Below, piece by piece: positions 1 to 9,310 of a stretch of 64,000 nucleotides of DNA (the first letter of the stretch is position 1; every line of letters begins with the position of its first letter). A model generated the notes under the pieces. That model did not search any database. It saw only the letters and a program-made list of their open reading frames with translations, and was not told the origin of the DNA. Both the position numbers and the translations under genes were made by a program. This DNA comes from an uncultured Gemmatimonadales bacterium (GTDB taxonomy: Bacteria; Gemmatimonadota; Gemmatimonadetes; Longimicrobiales; Gaopeijiaceae). The stretch spans positions 192,001 through 256,000 of the forward strand of contig CAWGKG010000020.1 of NCBI GenBank assembly GCA_963823035.1. The letters run 5' to 3'.

Positions 1-399
1 CGCAACGCCACCACGGACGACTTCCGCGAAGTGATGGAGTCCGCGGGGGGCGCCGACCTCTCGTGGTTCTTCGATCAGTGGCTGCGCGAGCCGGGCTATC
101 CCGTCCTGAACGTGGACTGGTCGTGGGACGCCACCACGAAGGAGACCACGGTGACGGTTGAGCAGGCGCAGAACGCCGACTGGCCGGTGTTCCGCCTGCC
201 GCTCGAGATCGCGATCGATCGAGGCGGGAGCGGGGGGGAGCGCCACGACGTCGAGGTGGTCGGCCGCGTCCAGCGCTTCCGCTTCTCCACGGCGACGGCG
301 CCGACCGGCGTGACGATCGACCCCGACGGCTGGGTGCTGAAGGGCGACGGGCGGACCCAGGAGGTCGGCCCCAGCGGCTCGCCCGCCCGGGGCCGATGA
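1..399 (+). CDS. M1-family aminopeptidase, C-terminal part (5' truncated by window edge)
   Basis: Frame open from base 1: RNATTDDFREVMESAGGADLSWFFDQWLREPGYP...VTIDPDGWVL, typical of the M1 aminopeptidase C-terminal region. Confidence 0.8.
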   Translation, partial: RNATTDDFREVMESAGGADLSWFFDQWLREPGYPVLNVDWSWDATTKETTVTVEQAQNADWPVFRLPLEIAIDRGGSGGERHDVEVVGRVQRFRFSTATAPTGVTIDPDGWVLKGDGRTQEVGPSGSPARGR

Positions 400-1160
400 G
401 GGCACCGACCTCGGCCGAGCGCGTTCCCGTCTTCAAGATCTGCTGCATCCAGGACGAGGCGGAGCTGCGCCTCGTGGCCGAGGAGGGAGCCCGCTTCGCC
501 GGCCTGGTGGGGTGGATGCCGAGCGGCCCGGGCCCCATCGCCGACGAGGACATCGCGCGCCTCGCGGCCGCCGCCGCAGGGGTCACGCCGGTGCTCCTCA
601 CCGCACGTACCGAGGCCGAGGACATCGTCGCGCACGTGCGCGCCACCGGCGTCGGTGGCGTCCAGATCGTGCGACCCGTTCCGCCCTCGGTGCGCTTCGC
701 GCTCCGACGCGAGCTACCGGCGGTGGAGATCCTGCAGGTCGTCCACGTGGAGGGTCCGGGCTCCGTCGACGAGGCCGCCCTCGCCGCGCAGGGGGCCGAC
801 TGGCTCCTCCTCGACTCCGGCCGCCCCTCGGCGCCCCTGGCGGAGCTCGGCGGCACAGGACGCGTCCACGACTGGGTGCTCAGCGCCCGGATCGTGGAGG
901 CCTCGCCGATCCCGGTCCTCCTCGCGGGCGGGCTACGGCCCGAAAACGTCGCCGACGCCGTGCGCGCGGTGCACCCCGCCGGGGTCGATGTCTGCTCGGG
1001 GCTGCGAGACGCCGAGGGCCGGCTGAGGCCGGAGCGCCTGCGGGCCTTCGTCGACGCGCTCGCTCAGACCGGAGCTCGAGCCCCTGGAGTCCCTTTCGGC
1101 GGCAGGCCGCCACGAGCTCCTCGAGGCTCGCGTCCGGAGCCGCCGAGGAGGAGAGCGTGA
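396..1160 (+). CDS. trpF: Phosphoribosylanthranilate isomerase
   Basis: FKICCI, LLLDSG, GGTGRVHDW, LAGGLRPENV and GVDVCSG motifs. The last ~30 aa look like read-through into unrelated sequence. Confidence 0.9.
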   Translation: MRAPTSAERVPVFKICCIQDEAELRLVAEEGARFAGLVGWMPSGPGPIADEDIARLAAAAAGVTPVLLTARTEAEDIVAHVRATGVGGVQIVRPVPPSVRFALRRELPAVEILQVVHVEGPGSVDEAALAAQGADWLLLDSGRPSAPLAELGGTGRVHDWVLSARIVEASPIPVLLAGGLRPENVADAVRAVHPAGVDVCSGLRDAEGRLRPERLRAFVDALAQTGARAPGVPFGGRPPRAPRGSRPEPPRRRA

Positions 1161-1167
1161 GCCTCAC
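1069..1167 (-). pseudogene. Truncated N-terminal fragment resembling a xylose-isomerase/AP-endonuclease-like TIM-barrel protein
   Basis: GTG overlapping the DUF2249 gene stop (GTGA at 1164-1167) gives VRLTLSSSAAPDASLEELVAACRRKGLQGLEL, then runs into antisense trpF. Confidence 0.45.
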
Positions 1168-1956
1168 GACGTCCCCGCGGTCCGCGCGATCTCCACCCGC
1201 CAGACGGAGGGGCCGCGCTCCCGGTAGCTCCACGCGAACGTACCCGGCCGCTCCGCCGCGAACTGGTACTGGAGCGGCACGGGATCGTGATCGTTCACGA
1301 GGACGAACGACTCGCCCGGCGCGAGCGCGTCGAACGTCGCGAAGATGGCAGGGTGCTTCTCCCTGGGAGGGATCGGCCGCACGTCCAGCACCCGCTCGGC
1401 GGGCGCGGCGCGCCGGATGAAGACCCGGACCAGGTCGCAGGCCTGCTGCCGGACCTCGTAGGTGAACCCACGCTCCTCGAGCTTCGGGAGGAGGAAGCGG
1501 GGCACGCGCTCGTTGATCTGGACGAGGGTGCCGCCTGCGTCGAGCGCCTCCAGGGCCTCCAGCGTGCGGACCATGGGCTCGGGCGGCTCGAGACCGCGGA
1601 CGTCCAGGACGACCACGCCCTCCCCGATGTCCGTGGTCCGGATCGTGGGCGTCGGCCTCCGCGTCGGCCTCCGCCGTAACCGCTTCTCCGGCTCGGCTCC
1701 GTCCGGAGCTGAAGAACCAGATGCGCCAGTCGTCGTCCGCGAGCTGCTCCGTCCAGTGGTCGAGGCCCTGGGCCGCCATGACGCCGTAGAGCGGGCGGGG
1801 CTCGAAGATCGCGCGCAGCCGGAGCACGCCGTCGGGCGGCAGCTCGCGTTTGGCGGACATGATGCGGGCGAACGGCTCCCGTCCGGATCGGAGATCGTCC
1901 CGGACGTCCACGTCGACGATGCGCTCCTCGTCCAGGTCCTGGATGAGCGCGGGCAT
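1164..1956 (-). CDS. Triple DUF2249-domain protein (frameshifted near 1650-1710)
   Basis: Three repeats, VDVRDDLRSGREPF...FEPRPLY, LDVRGLEPPEPM...NERVPRFL and LDVRPIPPREKH...NDHDPVPL, spread over two frames. Confidence 0.8.
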
Positions 1957-1967
1957 TCCATCACGGG

Positions 1968-2261
1968 TCAAAGTGCACCTTCCTCGATGAGGCCCGGATG
2001 CCAGCGCGGCTCCCAGACCAGGTTCGCGTTCACGTTGTCGACGCCGGAGAGGGCGTAGACGGTGGCCAGCACGCTCCGTCGGATGACGTTGTGCAGGGGG
2101 CATCCCGGCGTGGTGAGCGTGAAGGTCACGGTCACCTCGGAACCTTCGACGGCCACGCCGTAGACGAGGCCGAGCGAGACGATGTCGACACCGACCTCGG
2201 GGTCGATCACCTGCCGGAGCGCGTCGCGCACCGCGTCTCGCGTGGGAGCGATCGCGATCAT
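1968..2261 (-). CDS. Metal-sulfur cluster assembly factor (DUF59/SufT/PaaD-like)
   Basis: DALRQVIDPEVGVDIVSLGLVY...TLTTPGCP...VWEPRW; ATG at 2261. Confidence 0.9.
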   Translation of the reverse strand: MIAIAPTRDAVRDALRQVIDPEVGVDIVSLGLVYGVAVEGSEVTVTFTLTTPGCPLHNVIRRSVLATVYALSGVDNVNANLVWEPRWHPGLIEEGAL

Positions 2262-3627
2262 GGAATGCGGACTCCGTGGGAGAAGGGAGGGTCGCTTTCG
2301 GGCAGCGGCACGACCGCGGTGGCCGCGGTGACGGTGGGGTCGGGTCGGCGGCGTGCGAGCGCCACCATCTGGGCCGCGAGGATCGCCGACCCGATCGCGA
2401 GGAGGGCTGCGCCGCCGCGGGCCATGCCGGCCACGCCGAAGCCGACCCCGGCGGCCGAGCGCCGTGGTGCCGACCGCGAGAAGGACGCCCGAGGCGGTCG
2501 CCCAGCGTGCCGAATAGAGCTCGGCGACCTTCGGGACGGGCTGCCGCCCCGCCAGGGGGCCGAAGCGGTGATACCAGACCAGGAACGGCACGATCTTGTA
2601 GTGGTGGGCGGCCACGAACAGGCTGATGCCCAGCACCAGGAGGAGGACGTACGCGGTCGCGATCCTCGGCCGGGAGAATCCCGTGGCGAGCAGGTAGACG
2701 CCGAGGGCGACCGCGGCGCCCAGGACCGTGAGAGCGGCACCGGCCAGGCGCATCCCCGGGATCGAGTTCCCGACGACGCCTCGTGTCGATAGAACGCCCG
2801 CGCCTGCGCCAGGAAGGCCACCACGCCCGCGAGGATCAGGGTGGCCGGAAGCCAGCGGACCGCCGCGGCGGGTACGTGGTGGAGCGCGAACAGGAGGGCC
2901 ACCCCGGTCGCCAGGAGCGCGACCGCGGCCTTGCCCGGACGCTCGTTCGCGCCGTGGCTCAGGAGGAACATGGGGAGGAGGCGGTGGCCCACCCCGACCA
3001 TGACGATGAGGACCCACCCCACCAGCGCGACGTGGAGGTGCGTGGCCAGCGCGACCAGGCGGGCGCCTCCGATGAAGCCCCAGCGGAGGTTCCCGGCGAG
3101 GGCCCATCCGATCACGACCGTGAGCACGAGGAACGTGCAGGCGCACGCCAGCGCCCACCACGTCACGTCCCGGGTGCGGGCGCGGCGGAGCGTCGCGGCC
3201 AGGTTGGCCGCGAAGAGCAGCAGCGCGAATCCGAACAGCGACGCGCCGGCCACGATCGCCGCCGGCGTGTAGTGGGCGAGCCCGGCCACGAACAGGGTGA
3301 GCCCCGGCGCGTGGATCCACAGCGTCGCGCCGGGCGACGCCCTCCCAGCGGATCGACTCGCCCAGCGCCACCGGCAGGAACTGGTAGAGCGCGCCCATGA
3401 TCGAGGTGGTGATCCACCCCAGCGTGAAGAGATGGGTCACCGCCGTGACGCGCGGGAAGGAGGTACGCGCCCAGCGACAGCTCCGGCGAGACCAGACGAC
3501 CAGACCCGCCGCTCCGAGCACGAAGAAGACCGTGGCGACCGCGAAGTGCGCGCCGGGCAGGGAGAAGGGCGGTGGCGCGGCGACGCCGAGCGCGTCGACC
3601 GGCGCCGGCCGCCGGGGTCGGCGTCAC
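2258..3627 (-). CDS. Polytopic membrane protein of DUF2249/DUF59 clusters (several frameshifts)
   Basis: Hydrophobic segments in three frames with HLFTLGW..IMGALYQFLPV, HVALVGWV..GVGHRLLPMF and YKIVPFLVWY; GTG overlaps the upstream gene's stop. Confidence 0.7.
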
Positions 3628-4284
3628 GCGGCGCCTCCCGGGCGTGCGTGCCCGATCGCGTAGGTGCACGCCGCGTCTCCGTCGGGGAGGTATTCGACGC
3701 GCGCGAGCTTGTCGCCCGACCAGCGCGCGCACGAATCCGATCTCGGCCCGACACGGGGCGGACGTGACCGCGACCAGCTCGCGCAGGGGGCAGTGGCAGA
3801 GGCGGATGCGGGGAGCCTCGTCGGAGCTGCCGTCCACCACCTCGGCCATGTAGCCCTCCTCGGTGAGGATGCGCGCCGCCGCCTCCAGTCGCTCCGTCCC
3901 CTCCATGCCGTCGAGCCGCCCCATGGCCCGGCGCGCGGCGCTGCTTCGCGGGCGGTCGAGGTAGCGGACCAGGACGTCGTGATGCCCCTCCTCACCCAGG
4001 AAGGCGGCCAGCCCTCCGAGGACTTCGGCTTCTCGGCTCGGAAAGAGCGACTGGGCCTGTTCGGTGAGACGAAAACCTGCTCGGGGCGGCCGGGCGCGTC
4101 CGTGGACCTGCGCGCGCCGGTTCGCGCCGCACGAGGCCGCGCGCGCATGAGCGCGTTCACCTGCGAGCGGACGGTCTCCACGCTCAGGTCGAAGGCGCGG
4201 GCCAGCTCGGGACGCTCGCCTCGCCTCTGCCGCTTGAGGCGATCGAGGATGCGGCGGTGCGCTGCCGTCCGTCGGGATCGGCAT
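3624..4284 (-). CDS. SufR-like/ArsR-type HTH transcriptional regulator with C-terminal Cys ligands (frameshifted)
   Basis: N-terminal HTH (ILDRLK...ELARAFDLSVETVRSQVNAL), GYMAE, LCHCPL...PC.AE and GDAACTY across frames. Confidence 0.75.
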
Positions 4285-4315
4285 GGGGTGCTCCCGGTGC
4301 GTCGGTTCGGGATCC

Positions 4316-4344
4316 ACGATGGCCCGGGCGCGTAGCATTGTCAA
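4316..4344 (-). promoter_or_regulatory. Sigma70-type promoter for the regulator/DUF2249 operon
   Basis: Minus strand TTGACA (4344-4339), 17-bp spacer, CATCGT (4321-4316). Confidence 0.6.
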
Positions 4345-4349
4345 GATAG

Positions 4350-4367
4350 TCATGATGAAAATCATGA
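4350..4367. promoter_or_regulatory. Palindromic operator candidate TCATGAT-gaaa-ATCATGA
   Basis: Perfect 7-4-7 inverted repeat in an AT-rich patch between divergent operons. Confidence 0.55.
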
Positions 4368-4406
4368 AAATTGGAAGCGTGCGGGTCCGGCACTCCCCGT
4401 CCACCC

Positions 4407-4510
4407 GTAGGGATTTCCCCCACTCCGCACCCAAGGGAATCCCCACCGGGCGCCGCCTCTACCTCCCGACACCCCCCGAAAAGCCTCGTACCTAGCTTCG
4501 TTCTGGGCCA
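4407..4510 (+). promoter_or_regulatory. Conserved upstream element, copy 1 (before oxidoreductase operon)
   Basis: Ungapped match to 23860-23963 with blocks GTAGGGA..CCCCAC, AATCCCCACCGG, CCTCCCGACACCCCC, TAGCTTC and TGGGCCA. Confidence 0.75.
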
Positions 4511-4563
4511 GCAGCCACCCGGCTGCACAGACAAACCGACCCTCATCTCTCAGCGGGGGAAGG

Positions 4564-6468
4564 ATGGCGATGAAGCTGCCGACCGTCGGCGCTGCGGCGC
4601 TGGCGGACCGAGAAGTATCCGTACGTACCGTGACCGACCTCGCGGTCGAGGTCGTCTCCGACTCCGGGGAGGGCGCACAGAAGTGCGGCCAGATCTTCGG
4701 AGCGGTCTCCGCCAAGATGGGCAACGGCGTGTGGACCGTGGAGATCATTCCGGCCGAGGTCGAGCCTCCCCCGCGCACCCCGGTCGGTGCCTCCGGCATC
4801 CGGATCCGGCTGGGCGACAAGGAGGTCACGAACTGGGGCGACGACACCAACGTGGTGATCGCGTTCAACGAGCAGGCGCTGCTCGGACGCCATCATCTGC
4901 ACGCCCTCGCGCCCGACGCGATCATCCTGCTGGAGAGCATGTGGGCCACCCACCCGGACGAGAAGATCCGGAAGCAGTGGGCGGACGCCATGGAGGAGCT
5001 CTCCGCCTTCGACTACACGATCATCGAAGTCCCCATGGAGGAGCAGTGCCTCACCGTGGTGGACAACCCCCGCAAGGGGAAGAACATGTTCGCGCTGGGG
5101 CTGCTGTGCGAGCTGTTCGGTCGTGACGTCGAGCGGGCCAAGGAGCAGATCGCGCACGCCTTCCGCTCCAAGAAGAAGGAGATCACCGAGCGGAACCACG
5201 AGCTGCTCGACCTGGGCGTCGCCTGGGCGAGCGACAACCTCGACATCCGCTACGAGATCCCGACCATGGAGGCAGGTGCTCCGATGGTCGTGATGAACGG
5301 CAACGAAGCCGCCGCGCTGGGTGCCGTGGCCGCCGGTCTCGAGCTGGCCGCCATGTACCCGATCACCCCGGCCACCAGCGTGTCGCACATGCTGGGTGAG
5401 GTGTTCGAGAAGTACGGCGGCACGCTGCACCAGGCGGAGGACGAGATCGCCGCGGCGGGTGTCGCCATCGGCGCCTCGTACGCCGGCCGGTGCGCGTTCA
5501 CGATCACGTCCGGCCCGGGCATGGCGCTCAAGACCGAGTTCCTCGGCCTGGCGATCATGACCGAGATCCCGCTCGTGCTCATCAACGTGCAGCGGGGTGG
5601 TCCGAGCACGGGGTTGCCCACCAAGGTGGAGCAGTCCGACCTGCTCGCCGCGATCTACGGGCAGCCGGGTGACGCGCCGCACGTGGTGTTGGCGCCGGCG
5701 ACGATCGAAGAGTGCTTCCACATCATGACGACGGCCCGGCGCATCGCCGAGACGCTGCGCACCGTGGTCATCGTGCTCTCCGACGCGAACCTCGCCACCG
5801 GGGTGGCGCCGTTCCTCCGTCCGGAGCTCTCCGCCACCTGGCAGGCGGCGCCGCCCGACCTGAGGCCGCTGCCCGAAGGCGCCAAGCCGTACGACTGGAA
5901 CGAGAAGACGGGCATCTCGCGCCGTTTCATTCCGGGCCAGGCCGGTGGTGAGCACACGCTCACCGGCCTCGCGCACGACGCGCGCAGCAAGGTCGCCTAC
6001 GACGCCGAGGCGGTCGAGCTGTCCCACACGGCGCGCAGCCGCAAGGTGGCGGCGTTCCAGAACACACTCCTTCCGCCCGAGATCAACGGGGACGAGGAGG
6101 GTGGCGACCTCCTGATCGTCGGGTGGGGAAGCACCAAGGGCGCGATCGAAGAGGCCGTGGAGCGCGCGCGCGCGCAGGGCCTGAGCGTCTCGAACGTGCA
6201 CCTGACGTTCCTGTCGCCGCTGCAGCCCGGACTCTCCGAGATCTTCTCGCGCTTCAAGAAGGTCATGACGGTCGAGATCAACTACTCGGACAAGAAGGGC
6301 GACCCGTTCATCGACGAGCTCAACCGCCGCCGCGGGCAGCTCTCCATCCTCCTCCGCTCCGCCACCCTGGTCGACGTGGATTGCTGGACGCGCGTGCTCG
6401 GCGAGCCGCTGCGGCCGACGCAGATCGTCCAGGCCATCAAGCAAAACATGCCCGGAGGTGCGGCATGA
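4564..6468 (+). CDS. korA: 2-oxoacid:ferredoxin oxidoreductase alpha subunit (gamma-alpha fusion)
   Basis: SDSGEG, MNGNEA, YPITPAT, QAEDEIAA, TSGPG, QRGGPSTGLPTKVEQSD, GWGST. Confidence 0.93.
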   Translation: MAMKLPTVGAAALADREVSVRTVTDLAVEVVSDSGEGAQKCGQIFGAVSAKMGNGVWTVEIIPAEVEPPPRTPVGASGIRIRLGDKEVTNWGDDTNVVIAFNEQALLGRHHLHALAPDAIILLESMWATHPDEKIRKQWADAMEELSAFDYTIIEVPMEEQCLTVVDNPRKGKNMFALGLLCELFGRDVERAKEQIAHAFRSKKKEITERNHELLDLGVAWASDNLDIRYEIPTMEAGAPMVVMNGNEAAALGAVAAGLELAAMYPITPATSVSHMLGEVFEKYGGTLHQAEDEIAAAGVAIGASYAGRCAFTITSGPGMALKTEFLGLAIMTEIPLVLINVQRGGPSTGLPTKVEQSDLLAAIYGQPGDAPHVVLAPATIEECFHIMTTARRIAETLRTVVIVLSDANLATGVAPFLRPELSATWQAAPPDLRPLPEGAKPYDWNEKTGISRRFIPGQAGGEHTLTGLAHDARSKVAYDAEAVELSHTARSRKVAAFQNTLLPPEINGDEEGGDLLIVGWGSTKGAIEEAVERARAQGLSVSNVHLTFLSPLQPGLSEIFSRFKKVMTVEINYSDKKGDPFIDELNRRRGQLSILLRSATLVDVDCWTRVLGEPLRPTQIVQAIKQNMPGGAA

Positions 6469-7424
6469 TCATGGAATCCTCCTGCTCGCTGCTCCACGCC
6501 GCCGCCGACGACGACGATCGTGTCTTCGAGATGGGCGACTACCAGGGCCCGGTGGCCCGGTGGTGCTCGGGCTGTGGCGACCACTCGGTCCTCGCGGCCG
6601 CCCAGCGCCTGATGGTCGACCAGCAGCTCCAACCGGAGACCACCGTGTTCGTGTCGGGTATCGGCTGCTCCAGCCGCTTCCCGCACTACATGAAGACCTA
6701 CGGCTTCCACGGCATCCACGGGCGTGCGCTCCCCATCGCCACCGGCATCAAGCTGGCCCGGCCGGAGCTGGACGTCTTCGTGGTCATGGGCGACGGCGAC
6801 TGCGTCTCCATCGGCGCGGGTCACTGGATCCACGCGCTGCGCTACAACGTGGACATGGTCGCCATGCTGCTGGACAACAACATCTACGGCCTGACCAAGA
6901 AGCAGACGTCGCCGACCACGCCCCAGGGCTACAAGTCGAACACGCAGCCCTACGGCAGCTACCTGCCACCCATGAACCCGCTGGTGACGACGCTGAGCGT
7001 GACCAACGCCTCGTTCGTCGCGCAGACGGCCGAGTGGGTCCCGGCGCACCTCTTCGCGACGCTCAAGGCGGCGCACGAGCACCGGGGCTTCGCGTTCGTC
7101 CGCATCCTGCAGCGCTGCCCGCACTTCACGCCGGACCTCTACACCGACGCCGTGAAGAAGCCGGACCTGGTGCAGATTCTCGACCATCCGGAGGGCATCC
7201 GGGTCGAGGGGCTGGACAAGATCTACAAGAGCCAGGTCCGCCACGACCCGGCCGACATCCACGCCGCCCGGGAGCTCGCCGAGGACGCCTCGGTGGTCCG
7301 CCTGGGCCTGTTCTTCCGCGACGAGACCCGCCCTCGCTACGAGGAGACGCGGACGCTCGCCAAGCGCACCGCGCGCGAGAAGATGGACCTCCTCAACCAG
7401 GATTTCGACCGCTATGCCGTCTGA
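6465..7424 (+). CDS. korB: 2-oxoacid:ferredoxin oxidoreductase beta subunit (TPP-binding)
   Basis: WCSGCGD, SGIGCSSR, HGIHGRA, GDGD...DNNIYGLTKKQTSPT, QRCP; ATG overlaps the korA stop. Confidence 0.93.
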   Translation: MIMESSCSLLHAAADDDDRVFEMGDYQGPVARWCSGCGDHSVLAAAQRLMVDQQLQPETTVFVSGIGCSSRFPHYMKTYGFHGIHGRALPIATGIKLARPELDVFVVMGDGDCVSIGAGHWIHALRYNVDMVAMLLDNNIYGLTKKQTSPTTPQGYKSNTQPYGSYLPPMNPLVTTLSVTNASFVAQTAEWVPAHLFATLKAAHEHRGFAFVRILQRCPHFTPDLYTDAVKKPDLVQILDHPEGIRVEGLDKIYKSQVRHDPADIHAARELAEDASVVRLGLFFRDETRPRYEETRTLAKRTAREKMDLLNQDFDRYAV

Positions 7425-8445
7425 GACCAAGTCGACAGCAGGCGCCGGCGCGCTGGCGCTGAAGGCGCTGGCGGCACTCGAGCCGCGGGTGGACGCGTTC
7501 CACTCCGCCGTGGCCACCGCCGAGGAGGAGATTCGCACGTTCGTGGCGCATCGGCGCGGCGCTTCGGAGTCCCGCACGGAGCAGACGCTGGGGGAGCTCG
7601 GACCGTTCGCCGCCGGGCGCATCGATCCGGAGATGTTCGCGACGCTGGTGCTCGACGGCGAGCAGCTCTCGCCCGAGAGCGAGGGCGTGCTGGAGCGGGC
7701 GGAGCAGATCCTCTCCGACTTCTCCATGGGTCGCGACTTCCACCACGTGCTCGTGCCCTCGGGAGGCGATCTTCGTGACGTGGTGAAGGACGCGCTCGAG
7801 CGCGTGGGACAGGTGTTCGGCGCCGCCCGCGCCGTCGAGCTGGCCCGCTCGGGGACGTTCGACACCGACCGGCACGCCGGGTACCTCTCGGCGCTGACCT
7901 TCCGGAAGTGGAACCGCGCGGAGCGCCAGCTGGCGCCGCCGCTCGTGGTGGAGGTGGGCGCGGAGGACCTGCTTCCTGCCGGCCTCGGCGAGTTCCTCGA
8001 CGGGCTGGTGAAGATCGTGCTCGTGACGCAGGGCCCTACGACGCCCGCGCCGCTCGCACGCCTCATCACCCCCGGGACGTACATCGTGCAGACGGCGGAC
8101 CCGGCGGAGCTCGCAGGCCTCGCCCGCTCCCCGCACCCGGGCGTGGCGCTCCTCTTCGACGAGGAGCGTCCGGGTCAGGCCCGCTTCGTCCACGATCCGG
8201 AGGCCGGCGCGGCTTCCTGGCAGCGGCTCACGGTGAGCCACATGCCGGAGCAGCCGGACGTCGGTCGTGGTCGGCGGGCGCCCACCTGGCTGGAGGAGCT
8301 GTCGCACCTCCAGGCGCTGGCGAAGCAGCCGGCGATGGCCGCGGCCGCCGGCAACGGCTCCGCCGCTCCGGAGCCCGGTGAGAGCGCGACGCCGGCCGAC
8401 CAGCTGGCGGCCTTCCTCCTGAGCCAGCTCGACCTGGAAGGCTGA
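7414..8445 (+). CDS. Uncharacterised protein resembling a degenerate PFOR beta (TPP) domain
   Basis: Overlaps korB 3' end and is co-oriented; segments align by eye with the C-terminal domain of the 9307 protein but lack GDG and all Cys. Confidence 0.75.
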   Translation: MPSETKSTAGAGALALKALAALEPRVDAFHSAVATAEEEIRTFVAHRRGASESRTEQTLGELGPFAAGRIDPEMFATLVLDGEQLSPESEGVLERAEQILSDFSMGRDFHHVLVPSGGDLRDVVKDALERVGQVFGAARAVELARSGTFDTDRHAGYLSALTFRKWNRAERQLAPPLVVEVGAEDLLPAGLGEFLDGLVKIVLVTQGPTTPAPLARLITPGTYIVQTADPAELAGLARSPHPGVALLFDEERPGQARFVHDPEAGAASWQRLTVSHMPEQPDVGRGRRAPTWLEELSHLQALAKQPAMAAAAGNGSAAPEPGESATPADQLAAFLLSQLDLEG

Positions 8446-8455
8446 GGAGAACGAC

Positions 8456-9310
8456 GTGATCGCGCCTGGCGAGCTGATCGGATCCGTCGCGATCCTGGGG
8501 GGGGTGGCCACCGTGTTCGGCGCGTTCATCTCCCTGGCCAACGCGAAGTTCAAGGTCTGGGAGGACCCGCGCGTCGACGGCGTGCGCGACCTCCTGCCCG
8601 GCGCCGACTGCGGCGCCTGCGGGCAGGCCGGTTGCCGCGCCTTCGCGGAGGCGGTGGTGAACGGCACCGAGCCACCTGCGGGCTGCACGGTCATGGGCGC
8701 CGACGCGCGGGCTGACGTGGCGGCGTATCTGGGCGTGGATGCCGGCAAGGCCGACAAGCGCGTGGCCCGCCTGCTGTGCGCGGGCGGGCGCGACGTCGCT
8801 CCCTACAAGGGTCGCTACCACGGCGTGGAGAGCTGCGCCGCGGCTGCGGCCGTGACCGGCGGTGGCAAGGCCTGCCCGTGGGGCTGCCTCGGCTACGCCG
8901 ACTGCGCGGTGGTGTGCGACTTCGACGCCATCGTGATGGGGCCCAACGGACTGCCCGTCGTGGACCCCGAGAAGTGCACGGCCTGCGGCGACTGTGTCGA
9001 GGCCTGCCCCCTGGGGCTGTTCGTCCTGATGCCCCAGGACCACAAGCTGGTCGTGCAGTGCAAGAACCTTCTGTCCGGAGAGGCGGCCGAGGCCGTCTGC
9101 TCCGTCGCGTGCAACGCCTGCGAGCGCTGTGTCGCAGACGCCGAGCCGGGCCTGATCACCATGATCGACGGTCTGGCCACCATCGACTACGAACAGATCG
9201 AGCTGCAGAACCCGAAAGCCATCGAGCGGTGCCCGACCGGCGCCATCGTCTGGATCGAGGGTCAGCAGTTTCCCGAGCTCTTCGTTCCTGCCGGGAGTGA
9301 GGCCGCATGA
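8456..9310 (+). CDS. rnfB: Rnf complex subunit B (Fe-S)
   Basis: N-terminal TM helix, LPGADCGACGQAGC, GCLGYADC, CTACGDCVEACP, CNACERC, CPTGAI. Confidence 0.92.
   Translation: MIAPGELIGSVAILGGVATVFGAFISLANAKFKVWEDPRVDGVRDLLPGADCGACGQAGCRAFAEAVVNGTEPPAGCTVMGADARADVAAYLGVDAGKADKRVARLLCAGGRDVAPYKGRYHGVESCAAAAAVTGGGKACPWGCLGYADCAVVCDFDAIVMGPNGLPVVDPEKCTACGDCVEACPLGLFVLMPQDHKLVVQCKNLLSGEAAEAVCSVACNACERCVADAEPGLITMIDGLATIDYEQIELQNPKAIERCPTGAIVWIEGQQFPELFVPAGSEAA

Noticed and set aside
4407..4510. Duplicated element as riboswitch or MITE
   Set aside because: No terminal inverted repeats or target duplications, and I could not see covarying stems; fixed-spacing blocks fit a promoter better (covariance test not run)
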